From assembly GCA_963786955.1 (NCBI GenBank), contig CAWBAT010000008.1, positions 160,001-224,000 on the forward strand: a stretch of 64,000 nucleotides of DNA. Reading direction: 5' to 3'. The position numbers and the translations under genes were made by a program. Under the pieces are notes generated by a model that was not told the origin of the DNA, made no database searches, and saw nothing but the letters and a program-made list of their open reading frames with translations. Source of the stretch: an uncultured Acidimicrobiia bacterium (GTDB lineage Bacteria > Acidobacteriota > Terriglobia > Versatilivoradales > Versatilivoraceae). Below are positions 10,716 to 19,750 of the stretch, piece by piece; position 1 is the first letter of the stretch, and every line of letters starts with the position of its first letter.

Positions 10716-13190
10716 ATGCCATCTTCAACTTCAACCAGCCGTCTTGCATCTGCTTTTATGGTTATCCTCTGCTTGTCGCTAATCCCGTCGCTGCAATCGT
10801 CTCCCCCCGTAACTGGTCAAGCCTGGATCGCCAACAAGGGCCACGCTGAGGCGTTCATCGTCGTTGGCGAAAGCGCCAGTCCTTCGGATCGTTTTGTGGC
10901 TGGCGAACTCGTGAAGTACCTCGAAATCCTTTCGGGGGCCAAGCTCGAAATCGTCTCTCCGCGCCAATTAATCAGCCAGGAAAAGGGCAGAAGCCTGCTG
11001 CTGGTCGGAGGCCCTGGGACGAACGAACTAGTCGGTCAGGCTGCCAGTAGCCGGCAGGTAAATTTTGGAGGACTGAAGCCGGAAGGCTACATCCTGCGCC
11101 GCGTTAAGCTGGAGGGACGGTCCGCGCTGATCGTGGGCGGGAATGACGAAGCGGGCACACTGTATGCGGCCTATGACCTGCTGGAGCGGCTGGGTTTCGT
11201 CTTCCTTTTGACCAAGGATATTCTGCCGGAGAAGCGAGATGAAGTTGCCCTCCCCTCGCTTGACGATCGCGTGGAGCCGGCCTTTCGCCGCCGTGGCGTG
11301 CATATCGATAACGTCTATCCCAGCCAGACGCTGTGGTCACTGGACGACTATCGAAAGATCATCGACCAGATGGCCAAGATGCGGTTGAACTACTTGCAAG
11401 TGTTCTGGTTTCCGGATACCCCTTTCCTGACCTACGAGTACCGAGGCGAGAAGAACGGCTTGGGCGACGTCACGGCAAAGGAAAGCGGCTATCTCTTGTG
11501 GCGTCGCCAGCAGGGATCGTTTCTAGTAAAGGACATGACCGTTGGCCGGGAACTTTACAAGCACCCGCGAATTGCTCCGGCGGAATTGCAGGATGTGGAA
11601 ACACCGGAGCAGGCATTCCAGAAGGCTCAGGACTTGCTGCGGGCCGTTATCGCCTATGCCAGCCAGCGCCAGATTAAGACCTGGCTGGCCATTGATCCCG
11701 TGAGCGTACCGGTGAACCTGTCGCGATTCGCTTCCACCCGAACAGGCGATCTGCCGTTTCATGATGTCTTGGGAGGGGTTTATATGTGTCCGGGGGATCC
11801 TGTGGCACAAGAGATCAACGCGAATCGGATGAAGAGCCTGTTATCGACTTATCCGCAAGCGGAAGGCTATTTCCTCTGGTTTCCGGAATTGTACCCCGTT
11901 TGCGAAGACAGCCAGAGTCAGGCTTTCTACTGGCAGGAGCGTCCCAAATATTTGGCCGATGAACTAAGACGTTGGGCGGCTTATGGCAGTTACGAAAGGG
12001 ATAAAGACCGGGTAGTCAACTCGAACAATGGCGCGGTGGAATTGATGCGCGGGGCGCTGGCAGCGCGCGACCGCGTGAATCCTCAGGCACAGGTTGGCAT
12101 CGGGGCATTCGGGCGCGGCTTTTTCTATCCATCGCTTGACAAGATTTTTCCCAGGACGATGCCGTTCACCGACATGGTCTCCCGTGCGATCTGGACGCCT
12201 TTGGGTGTGCCCATGCAGGATTACGGAGGAATGGGCGAACGTGAGCGGACGCTGATTACGCGCTCCGACGACGATAGTGCCATGTTTGGGATGCAGTTCA
12301 ACGTGAACATGTTTTATAAAGACCGAATCTTTGAAGGCGCGTTGGAAAACGGTGTGACCGGACACGCTATGCAGCTGAATCGTGCGCGTGGCATGGAACA
12401 GAATGAGAAATTCTTGGCCGAGGGCGCCTGGAAACCGAGTCTGGATCCCCAGGAATTTTATCGGAGCTATGTGCGGCGCATTTTCGGGGAAGCCGCGGCG
12501 CCAGAAGCGCTGAAGGCCTATCAAACGCTCGAAGCGAATGAAGAATTCCTGGGCTGGACGGGAAACTATAATTTCCCTTGTTGCAGTGTGCCAGCGGAAA
12601 TCAGCATCCTTGAAACTTACTCAGAGCAGGTCAATCCCTATGACGGACCAACCTTCGAGAAGTGGGCCGCTTTTCTAGATCATGCGCGAGATGAATCCAT
12701 GTACTACACCCAGTCGGCGGGTCTGCTGCGCCAGGCGCTGGCGCATTTCGAACAGGCAGATAAGCAGGTTGCAGCCGGCGGCAAGAGCGAACTAGCCTAT
12801 CTGCGGAATAAAACAGAAGCCTATGCCAAGCATCTGGACACACTCGTGGAATTGGAAAATGCCTATCTGGAATTCGACGCGGCATTTCGTGCCAAGTCTG
12901 CGGGCAATCTTGAAGAATTCATGCGGCGGCTGGATCATAGCATGGAGAGGTTCCGCACGGCCCATCGCATGTCGATTGCGACGGCAACTAAGTTTGCGGA
13001 GATCATTGACGACCCTTCGGACCTGGGCGTACTTTATAAGTACAACGTCTACATGATTGACGGAACAGAAATCGTCGAGCAATTCATGCAGAATATGGTC
13101 AATTTCTATCACGGGAAGCCCTATTTGGATCCCGTTCCTCTGGACAAAGTCTTTAACCGCTGGCCGCGCTTCAAGCGCCCGCGAATCTAA
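10716..13190 (+). CDS. Secreted putative glycoside hydrolase with GH67/GH20-type N-terminal domain
   Basis: GGAGG before ATG 10716; signal peptide; PEGYIL..IVGGNDEAGTLYAAYDLLERLG; PAFRRRG; IDQMAKMRLNYL. Confidence 0.7.
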   Translation: MPSSTSTSRLASAFMVILCLSLIPSLQSSPPVTGQAWIANKGHAEAFIVVGESASPSDRFVAGELVKYLEILSGAKLEIVSPRQLISQEKGRSLLLVGGPGTNELVGQAASSRQVNFGGLKPEGYILRRVKLEGRSALIVGGNDEAGTLYAAYDLLERLGFVFLLTKDILPEKRDEVALPSLDDRVEPAFRRRGVHIDNVYPSQTLWSLDDYRKIIDQMAKMRLNYLQVFWFPDTPFLTYEYRGEKNGLGDVTAKESGYLLWRRQQGSFLVKDMTVGRELYKHPRIAPAELQDVETPEQAFQKAQDLLRAVIAYASQRQIKTWLAIDPVSVPVNLSRFASTRTGDLPFHDVLGGVYMCPGDPVAQEINANRMKSLLSTYPQAEGYFLWFPELYPVCEDSQSQAFYWQERPKYLADELRRWAAYGSYERDKDRVVNSNNGAVELMRGALAARDRVNPQAQVGIGAFGRGFFYPSLDKIFPRTMPFTDMVSRAIWTPLGVPMQDYGGMGERERTLITRSDDDSAMFGMQFNVNMFYKDRIFEGALENGVTGHAMQLNRARGMEQNEKFLAEGAWKPSLDPQEFYRSYVRRIFGEAAAPEALKAYQTLEANEEFLGWTGNYNFPCCSVPAEISILETYSEQVNPYDGPTFEKWAAFLDHARDESMYYTQSAGLLRQALAHFEQADKQVAAGGKSELAYLRNKTEAYAKHLDTLVELENAYLEFDAAFRAKSAGNLEEFMRRLDHSMERFRTAHRMSIATATKFAEIIDDPSDLGVLYKYNVYMIDGTEIVEQFMQNMVNFYHGKPYLDPVPLDKVFNRWPRFKRPRI

Positions 13191-13202
13191 ACAGATGTCT
13201 TG

Positions 13203-13227
13203 CTCCCCTCCTCAAAAAGGAAGGGAG
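13203..13227. repeat. CCCCTCC-family palindrome between convergent genes (possible terminator)
   Basis: ctcccctcctcaaaaaggaagggag. Confidence 0.6.
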
Positions 13228-13262
13228 TTGTGAATTGAATTTTTCAGTAGCAAGACAAACCA

Positions 13263-14261
13263 CTAGACGATGTCACCGCTGCCGCCCCTGAATCCGCGGC
13301 GATGGGAAAGGCCAGACATCCGATCCCCAGTATTCTTCTCTTCCGACCTGAAAAAAGCCAGATGGATTACCTGGTCTTCAAAAAGCAGAGCAGATCCTAA
13401 GCTCTTCTTGTCTTCGAAGCGGTAATCCTCTCCGAGCCCGATCGAGGCAAACCGGCTTTCGCGACAACCCGTGATCTCTTTAAAGAAAGTCCTGGTTTCG
13501 GCCTCTTTGCCGCTAGAGCCGGACTTCTTATCGTCCAGGATCGCATCCATGGCATAACTCTTGATCAGCTTAAGATGAATCTTTTCAAACGCTGCCTTTT
13601 GAGACAGGACGTCCATACCCACAACTTTTCCGTCAATAAAAACGACGATCCCTTGCTGGTTCGGGACATAGGAGAAAGTTTGCGCGTACTGGTTGAGTTC
13701 ATTTTCCCTGGAGGTGTATACGTCTTTCATGGCGCCGGTTGAAGACGTGACGTTTGCCTTGGAGTGCATCTCGTGTATGTCCTGCCACACAGTCCCCTGA
13801 TCCGATCTGTAGCTTTGGTCTTGATGCAGCGAAGCGCTGACTGAGCGGACTTTATTTAACCGGACTTTACTTGCCAACATAGCGTCTGAGTCTGAAAAGG
13901 CCGCCGAGCGGTAAGACCATCGTCCTTGCTCCGTGCAACTGACTGGAATGATGGTCTCCGAATTCCCCTTGAGAAGCACCGAGGTGTTCAGAACCCGGTT
14001 TTGCTTGGCGCCTATCAATTCCTCGCCGTCCAGCAGCAAGACCAACTGGGTCGATTTGTTGATGACTTTGAGTTCAGGGACAGATCCGGATTGGCTTAGT
14101 TCGGTGATCGCGATGAAGTTCTTGTCCAGCGCTTCTTTTAAGGTGATGTACTCCGGACCGCCATTGTGGGTCGCAAAGATTGGAATGACATCCATATTCT
14201 GAAACGATTGCATTGATCCAAGATGAAGTTCTGACAAATAGGTTGTTATGGTTGGGTTCAT
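13263..14261 (-). CDS. ARPP-1 / DUF6569 family protein
   Basis: GSVPELKVIN..VLLLDGEELIGAKQNRVLN..IPVSCTEQGRW..DQGTVW..LIKSYAMDA. Confidence 0.85.
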   Translation of the reverse strand: MNPTITTYLSELHLGSMQSFQNMDVIPIFATHNGGPEYITLKEALDKNFIAITELSQSGSVPELKVINKSTQLVLLLDGEELIGAKQNRVLNTSVLLKGNSETIIPVSCTEQGRWSYRSAAFSDSDAMLASKVRLNKVRSVSASLHQDQSYRSDQGTVWQDIHEMHSKANVTSSTGAMKDVYTSRENELNQYAQTFSYVPNQQGIVVFIDGKVVGMDVLSQKAAFEKIHLKLIKSYAMDAILDDKKSGSSGKEAETRTFFKEITGCRESRFASIGLGEDYRFEDKKSLGSALLFEDQVIHLAFFRSEEKNTGDRMSGLSHRRGFRGGSGDIV

Positions 14262-14290
14262 GGCGAACCTCCTTGATTAAGAGAACGGGG

Positions 14291-14414
14291 GTAAGGGCCG
14301 AATTCATGGGAACCATTTCTTTACTGGGCCCTTACTTTAGAGCTTATTCCTCTTGCATTCCAGAAGATGGAATAGTGGACAGATTTTTTATCAATGATAG
14401 GTTATTCTCCGTCC
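14291..14414. promoter_or_regulatory. Divergent promoter region with spaced inverted repeats (candidate WYL operator)
   Basis: GTAAGGGCC-N27-GGCCCTTAC (14291-14335); ATTCCA-N5-TGGAAT; GGACAGA-N24-TCCGTCC (14377-14414). Confidence 0.45.
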
Positions 14415-14453
14415 GATGAGCAAGTTAGCCTTTGAAGCAAAGGAAATCGAATT

Positions 14454-15485
14454 ATGCCCGAAAAAAAAGACGCCTACTCCACGCCGGCGATGAAGGTATT
14501 GCGGCTTTATATCTTGTTGCTCTTTAGCGGCAGAGTGTTCTCTCTTTCGGAACTGGCTCGCAAACTCAAATGTTCCAAACAAACCGTGATGCGGATGATG
14601 GAGCAGATCAGCCGGAGCCGTCTCGAACACATCGAGAGTTGGATGGATGAAAGTGGTCGCCGGTTCTACCGCGCCAGGACTCCCGCGACCAAACCGCGGG
14701 TGGCCCTCGACGTGGAAGCCATCCAGCATCTGCTCCTTTGCCGTGACATTGTGTGGCATCTCTTGCCCCTGGCCTTCCGGGAGGAAATCAGTCAAACCAT
14801 CGCTCAAACCACAGTCCTTCTGCCGGAGTTCGAAAAGAGATCAGAAGCCAATACTCACTTTGCCAGAGCTCACTCGAAGGGAAGTATTGATTACTCCCCA
14901 TTTCAGCAAGTGCTGGAAACGGCTCTGGAAGCAATTGCAGGAAGGCGAATCTGCCAAATCAGTTATCGAGGGCAGCCAAAGCAAAAGGCCAAGGATCTTC
15001 TCGTGGCTCCGCTCAAACTCATTGCATACCGCGATGGACTCTATCTCCAATGCCGCCTGGAAAAGGCATTGGCGAATCCGGAGGAGTTTTACGATCCGGT
15101 ACTGGCCATTCATCGGATGGCAAGTCTGAGCCTGACGGACCGAGTCTTCGAAACGCCGAGAGAAAAAAAGAAGAATTTGCCCGCAATGTTTGGTTTCATT
15201 CCGGGTCAGCCGTTTCAGGCCGAAGTGGCCTTTCTTCCGCAAGCAGCCCGATATGTAGCCGAGCGCACTTGGAGTGATGACCAGAAGATCCTTCATCATC
15301 GCGCTGGAGGACTTACCTTGAAGTTCACCGCCAGCAGCCGTCAGGAAGTGATTTCCTGGGTTCTCGGTTTCGGGAAACAAGCTGAGTTGCTGGCTCCGGA
15401 GGATTTGCGCGTGGAGTTGTTGAGATCGCTTCAAGAAACGGCTGATATTTACGGGAGAGGAGGTTCTGGAAAAAAGGCCGAGTGA
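14454..15485 (+). CDS. HTH-WYL-WCX transcriptional regulator
   Basis: N-terminal HTH (SLSELARKLKCSKQTVMR); WYL core (ISY..VAPLKL..DGLYL..LAIHRM); WCX (YVAERTW..WVLGFG..AELLAPEDLR). Confidence 0.9.
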   Translation: MPEKKDAYSTPAMKVLRLYILLLFSGRVFSLSELARKLKCSKQTVMRMMEQISRSRLEHIESWMDESGRRFYRARTPATKPRVALDVEAIQHLLLCRDIVWHLLPLAFREEISQTIAQTTVLLPEFEKRSEANTHFARAHSKGSIDYSPFQQVLETALEAIAGRRICQISYRGQPKQKAKDLLVAPLKLIAYRDGLYLQCRLEKALANPEEFYDPVLAIHRMASLSLTDRVFETPREKKKNLPAMFGFIPGQPFQAEVAFLPQAARYVAERTWSDDQKILHHRAGGLTLKFTASSRQEVISWVLGFGKQAELLAPEDLRVELLRSLQETADIYGRGGSGKKAE

Positions 15486-15612
15486 GTTAAACGGATGTGA
15501 TCTTCGAATATCTTAGCTTCCCCCGATGGGACTAAGAATGTGGAATGGGGGACGGCCGGCGGTCTTAGGGCGCCGATATGGGGGGTTGGGGAAGAACCGA
15601 TCAAAGTAATCG

Positions 15613-15646
15613 TCCCCCCTTAGACAAGGGGGGACTTCAGGGGGGT
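15613..15646. repeat. CCCCC-N-GGGGG REP-like palindrome
   Basis: tccccccttagacaaggggggacttcagggggg; a similar copy lies at about 57744-57774. Confidence 0.7.
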
Positions 15647-15657
15647 GGGTCCCGAGT

Positions 15658-15770
15658 AGGGAATGTGCAAAGGTTATGTCCGTGTTCTTGGGTGATTGTT
15701 CCCAGTCCCGTTAGGGACGACATCTTTATAGAACTCGTATCCCCAATTAAGCGCCAACCCCTTAGGGGCG
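15658..15770. repeat. Composite repeat module A, copy 1
   Basis: Aligns closely with 18591-18702 and contains the hairpin agtcccgttagggacgacatctttatag. Confidence 0.9.
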
Positions 15771-15933
15771 GTGCTCGGGTGAGGAATGCGAGAAATTGAT
15801 CAACTACCACAGCCGGGCCGGTTCAAGCAAAAACCCAAGGCCTAATATTAAGATATAATGATGTTCATGATTCTTTGCCACGTCACCCATCCCGACCACT
15901 GGAACAAACCACCTCAACCGAGCTAGGAGAGAG

Positions 15934-16497
15934 ATGTCTAAACATCACGTCTGTCCTTGGTGGCTCGGATACTTGCTCGCGAGTCCGATACGCCGCCTCT
16001 GGTATGATCCCCGCGAAGTCCTGAGTCCGCACGTTCGTGAAGGCATGACGGTCCTCGAGCCGGGGCCGGGTATGGGCTTCTTCACCCTGGAACTGCTTCG
16101 ATTAACAAGTCCCTCGGGTCGGGTGGTGGTCGTCGACATGCAGCCCAGGATGCTCGCAGCACTGAAACGCCGGGCGGCAAAGGCCGGACTTCTCGACCGG
16201 CTCGATGCCCGACTCGTTCAGCCGGATTCCATGGGACTTGTCGGTCTCGATGGCGGGGTGGATTTTGCCCTCGCCTTCGCGGTGGTCCACGAGCTTCCTG
16301 CCGCCGGTCCCTTCTTCGCCGAGGTTTCGCGAGCCCTGAAACCTCGCGCCCACTTGCTTCTGGCCGAACCCGTCGGACACGTTAAGCCGGCCGAGTTCGA
16401 GGCGCAGTTACAACATGCAGCCAGCGCCGGCCTGATTCCGGTGGACCGCCCGGCAATCCGGCGCAGCAAGACTGCGTTGCTCGAAAAGACCTCTTGA
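15934..16497 (+). CDS. Class I SAM-dependent methyltransferase
   Basis: HVCPWWLGYLL; VLEPGPGMGFF motif I; FAVVHE. Confidence 0.9.
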   Translation: MSKHHVCPWWLGYLLASPIRRLWYDPREVLSPHVREGMTVLEPGPGMGFFTLELLRLTSPSGRVVVVDMQPRMLAALKRRAAKAGLLDRLDARLVQPDSMGLVGLDGGVDFALAFAVVHELPAAGPFFAEVSRALKPRAHLLLAEPVGHVKPAEFEAQLQHAASAGLIPVDRPAIRRSKTALLEKTS

Positions 16498-16511
16498 CGA
16501 GGTTCACCGCC

Positions 16512-17358
16512 ATGAGGAATGGACTGATGAGAACATCCTTAAGAATAACCAGTTCATTGTGCGCATTCGCCGTCCTTTTGCTCGGGGGGGCTGCACCCGG
16601 ATGTCCCAATCTTTGTATCTGAGCGGCTACGACCGCGACATCAAGAACTCTACGCGGGCCATCGAGGCCGCCCGCGACGATGTCCAGCGCGCGGCGGGAT
16701 ACGCTCAGCGCGGCAGCGCCTATTCCGAGAAAGCCCGCTATTGCCGGGCCTTCAAGCTGATTCCTGCCGATGAATACGGCCGCTTGTTCAGTCTGGCCCT
16801 CAAGGACCATGACCAGGCCGTGGCGCTCGACCCCTAGCAGCGCGGAGGCGTATTTCAAGCCGGGGGCAGACCTATTACGACCGGGCCGCCTTAGAGGACC
16901 CCAAGGATGCCAAGCCGTGGTTCGACTCCGCGGCCGCGGATTTCACGAGCGCCGTCGAGAGAGACGGTCGGCATTACATGGCGTGGGACATGCTCGGCCT
17001 GGTCCATTCAAGTATCGGGGAATGGGACAATGCCATCAGTGATTTCACGCAAGAGATGGCGCTCAATGCGTTGGGCAAGACGAGGCTAGCCGACGCCTAC
17101 TGCGAGCGGGGACTTTCCCGCGAGAGAGAGAAGAGTTACGGTTCCGCCGTCGCAGATTTTGAGAAGGCGGTCGAGATTGGCACCACTGCCGATGGCTGCT
17201 CGTGCGATCCTTACAACCCGCTGGTCGCGAACTATGTCGGCGAAAGCCGGCAGTACGACAAGGCCTGGGAAGTCGTCCATAAGGCGAAGAAGTCCAAGAG
17301 ATGGATCGCGCCCGAATTGCTGGAGAGCTTGAAAAAAGGTTCCGGACGCAACGACTAG
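16512..17358 (+). CDS. TPR-repeat lipoprotein, frameshifted (sequence errors or pseudogene)
   Basis: Joining frames gives MRNGLMRTSLRITSSLCAFAVLLLGGC..., DHDQAVALDP/SSAEAYFKRG and ADAYCERG; shifts at a G7 run (~16584), a C4 run (~16832) and ~16860. Confidence 0.65.
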
Positions 17359-17389
17359 CGGCGCTCTATGAGCGCCGACCAGCCCTCCC

Positions 17390-17672
17390 AGCCCCATCGG
17401 GGCAACATATTTATAGCTTTGCGTCCGCCAATAAGAATTCTCCCTCCCCCTGGTTGAAGGCCGGGTCCCCAGAACCGGCGTTGCAGTGGTTCTGTGATGG
17501 AGGTAATCTCCCTCTCCCCAACGCGGTGGTCCGTCGGGACCGGGTGATGGGGACCTCCACTCCAGAGCCTTGACACAGTATCTCAACTCCCCTCCTTTTT
17601 TAAGGAGGGGCCAGGGGGTGGTGGGTATCTCTTCAATCCCCTCCTTTTTAAGGAGGGGATACAGGGGTGGTG
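17390..17672. repeat. Composite repeat module B, copy 1
   Basis: About 280 bp aligning with 18688-18978; built from several hairpins. Confidence 0.9.
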
Positions 17673-17705
17673 ATTTAACCTTGTCCCCCTCCTCTCATAA
17701 GGAGG

Positions 17706-17825
17706 GAAAATGTGAAAAGATTCCGCCGGGTCGGGGGACCCAGCCTACAATATAATGGTAAGCCCGTTGAAATCATTGTAGGCCGCGTGACCTCACGCGG
17801 CGTTTTCCAATTCTTTCACACTTTC
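17706..17825. mobile_element. MITE-like unit: terminal inverted repeats enclosing a GTAG-REP doublet
   Basis: gaaaatgtgaaaag ... tctttcacactttc flank ccgggtcgggggacccagcctaca / tgtaggccgcgtgacctcacgcggc. Confidence 0.6.
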
Positions 17826-17942
17826 AGGGGGTTCGGGGGAGGTGGTTGCTGTCTATTCCCTCTCCCTGGTGGGGAGAGGGAAACGAAGAAATCGGAACAC
17901 CGGCATGCTCGTCCATGGCGCAGTTCTGCCGTGCTCAAGTAT

Positions 17943-18236
17943 TTAGCCCCTTGCGATTCTAGCTAGTTGGGCTTTCATGTATGCCCTCAGAAGGGCATTA
18001 ATGCGTGTCTGGTACCCACGCCCCTGTGCCTTAAACCATTTGAGGACATCACTATCTACACGCAAAGTCAGTTGTTTTTTATTGGGAACGACCCTTAGAC
18101 CGTACCGGACAACTGCCTGGGCAAATTTGCTGGGAGAAATTTCTGGGATATCGGAAAAATCAATGTCCCCGTCTTCCATTGCAGTCAGGCGCTTAAAGTT
18201 AGTGCGCGATTTGTTCAAAGTAGGCTTTTCTTTCAT
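17943..18236 (-). CDS. brnA: BrnA antitoxin
   Basis: KKQLTLRVDSDVLKWFKAQGRGYQTRINALLR. Confidence 0.92.
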   Translation of the reverse strand: MKEKPTLNKSRTNFKRLTAMEDGDIDFSDIPEISPSKFAQAVVRYGLRVVPNKKQLTLRVDSDVLKWFKAQGRGYQTRINALLRAYMKAQLARIARG

Positions 18237-18474
18237 TTCGTGTAGCCTTTCGAATTGAGATCAGTCTGATTCTATTTTGGCGTTCTGTGTGTAAGACGGC
18301 CACCACTCTACCTTTCAACATCCCGAATGTGATGAAACGGTTCTCGTCATATTGAAAACGATCATCTTGCAGGGTGACTGTGAACCCCGCAAAGATCTTG
18401 ACAGCGTCCACAAAATCGACGCCGTGCTTTTGCAGATTCGTGCGGCGTTTGTTTTCATCCCACTCGAATTGCAT
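18199..18474 (-). CDS. brnT: BrnT ribonuclease toxin
   Basis: MQFEWDENK..NLQKHGVDF..ENRFITFG..IRLISIRKA; overlaps brnA. Confidence 0.92.
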   Translation of the reverse strand: MQFEWDENKRRTNLQKHGVDFVDAVKIFAGFTVTLQDDRFQYDENRFITFGMLKGRVVAVLHTERQNRIRLISIRKATRNERKAYFEQIAH

Positions 18475-18590
18475 GATTCAATTGTAGTGCCATAATGTAA
18501 CTGCGTCAAGATTGTCATGCAGAATGAAGATAGAAGAACGAGGAAGGGCGTGATAGTTCGTAGGACCCCCTTGTTTATTCATTCTCGAGA

Positions 18591-18978
18591 AGGGAATGTA
18601 CTAGGGCTATGTCCGTGTTCTTGGGCGATTGTTCCAGTCCCGTTACGGACGACATCTTTATAGAACTCGTATCCCCAATTAAGCACCAGCCCCATAGGGG
18701 CGACCTATTTATAGGTCTGCGTCCGCCAATAAGAATTCCCGCTCCCCCTGGTTGAAGGCCGGGTCCCCAGAACCGGCGTTGCAGTGTTCTGTGATGGAGG
18801 TAATCTCCCTCTCCCCAACGCGGGAGAGGGAGGCCCGCTAGGACCGGGCGAGAGGGACCTCCACTCCAGAGCCTTGACACAGTATCTCAACTCCCCTCCT
18901 TTCTTAAGGAGGGGGTCAGGGGGTGGTGGGTATCTCTTCAATCCCCTCCTTTCTAAAGAAGGGGATTCAGGGGAGGTG
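18591..18978. repeat. Composite repeat, uninterrupted A+B copy
   Basis: First part matches 15658-15770 and second part matches 17390-17672; they join at the hairpin gccccataggggc. Confidence 0.9.
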
Positions 18979-19045
18979 CATCGTAGTATGCGGAGTCAAA
19001 GGGGCAAGGAAGGGGAAGTTGCCGGATGAGTTGGAACCCTCTCGA

Positions 19046-19426
19046 TTACGATTTCCATTTCCGGTCTTCTGCGACACATTCCCGAACACGAAACGCAGTA
19101 ATCTTGCGAATGAGAGACAACGGCAGGGGTTTTTCCAGCGGAAACTGAATTGAGCCCTTGGCAGTTTTGAATTTTGAAAGATCTTCTGCAAAGGCCTTCA
19201 CTGCTGACGGCGTGGGATAGAACCCAATATGGTGCTTGAACGCGGCGAAGGTGACCAATATTCTTTGATAAGAGAATGCGGGCATTCCCCACTTCAAGCT
19301 TTCCTTTGCTCCGGGCGCCGCCGCGCGAATGCAGGCGCGCATTTCACGCAGTTTCCCCCGAGCTTCCTTGGGAGCCGCTTGAATATATTCGGCAATATTT
19401 TTAGGTTTTTCCTTTTTTGAAAGCAT
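19046..19426 (-). CDS. DUF1801 (YdhG/iron chaperone-like) protein
   Basis: IRAAAPGAKESLKWGMPAF..FAAFKHHIGFYP..KGSIQFP. Confidence 0.9.
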   Translation of the reverse strand: MLSKKEKPKNIAEYIQAAPKEARGKLREMRACIRAAAPGAKESLKWGMPAFSYQRILVTFAAFKHHIGFYPTPSAVKAFAEDLSKFKTAKGSIQFPLEKPLPLSLIRKITAFRVRECVAEDRKWKS

Positions 19427-19750
19427 AGCTTTAACCTGGATATTCTATCAAAGTTCACTCCTGAAAACGATGCTGACATGCATTATTTTTTTTCACGGAT
19501 TGGCAGAGAGTTTTCTTGAAGATGTCTAGTGAGTGGGAGTCTGAAGCTACATCCAGTTTATCATTCTGCAGCGGGCAAGAAAAAAGGTCGCAGGATGGGT
19601 TTTTGGGCGGCAGAATTCGAGTCATTTGATCGGGAGAATTCGGGTCCTGGGGACTCGAATTTTGCGTGAGGGTTGAGACGCGGATTTTGGCGGTGGGGGC
19701 TTGGTTTGTGCGGGTTTTGTTGGGGATTTGCTTCGATGTCACCAAGCGGG

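Noticed and set aside
15600-19000. Possible CRISPR array
   Set aside because: The repeats are long, irregularly spaced and modular, with no constant repeat-spacer period and no cas genes.
17086-19029. Similar short ORFs (17086, 17355, 17570, 18575, 18705, 18784)
   Set aside because: They are translations of the non-coding direct repeat, with frames not preserved between copies.
19680-19700. tggcggtggg as a tRNA-derived att repeat
   Set aside because: The match to the tRNA 3' end is too short to be significant.
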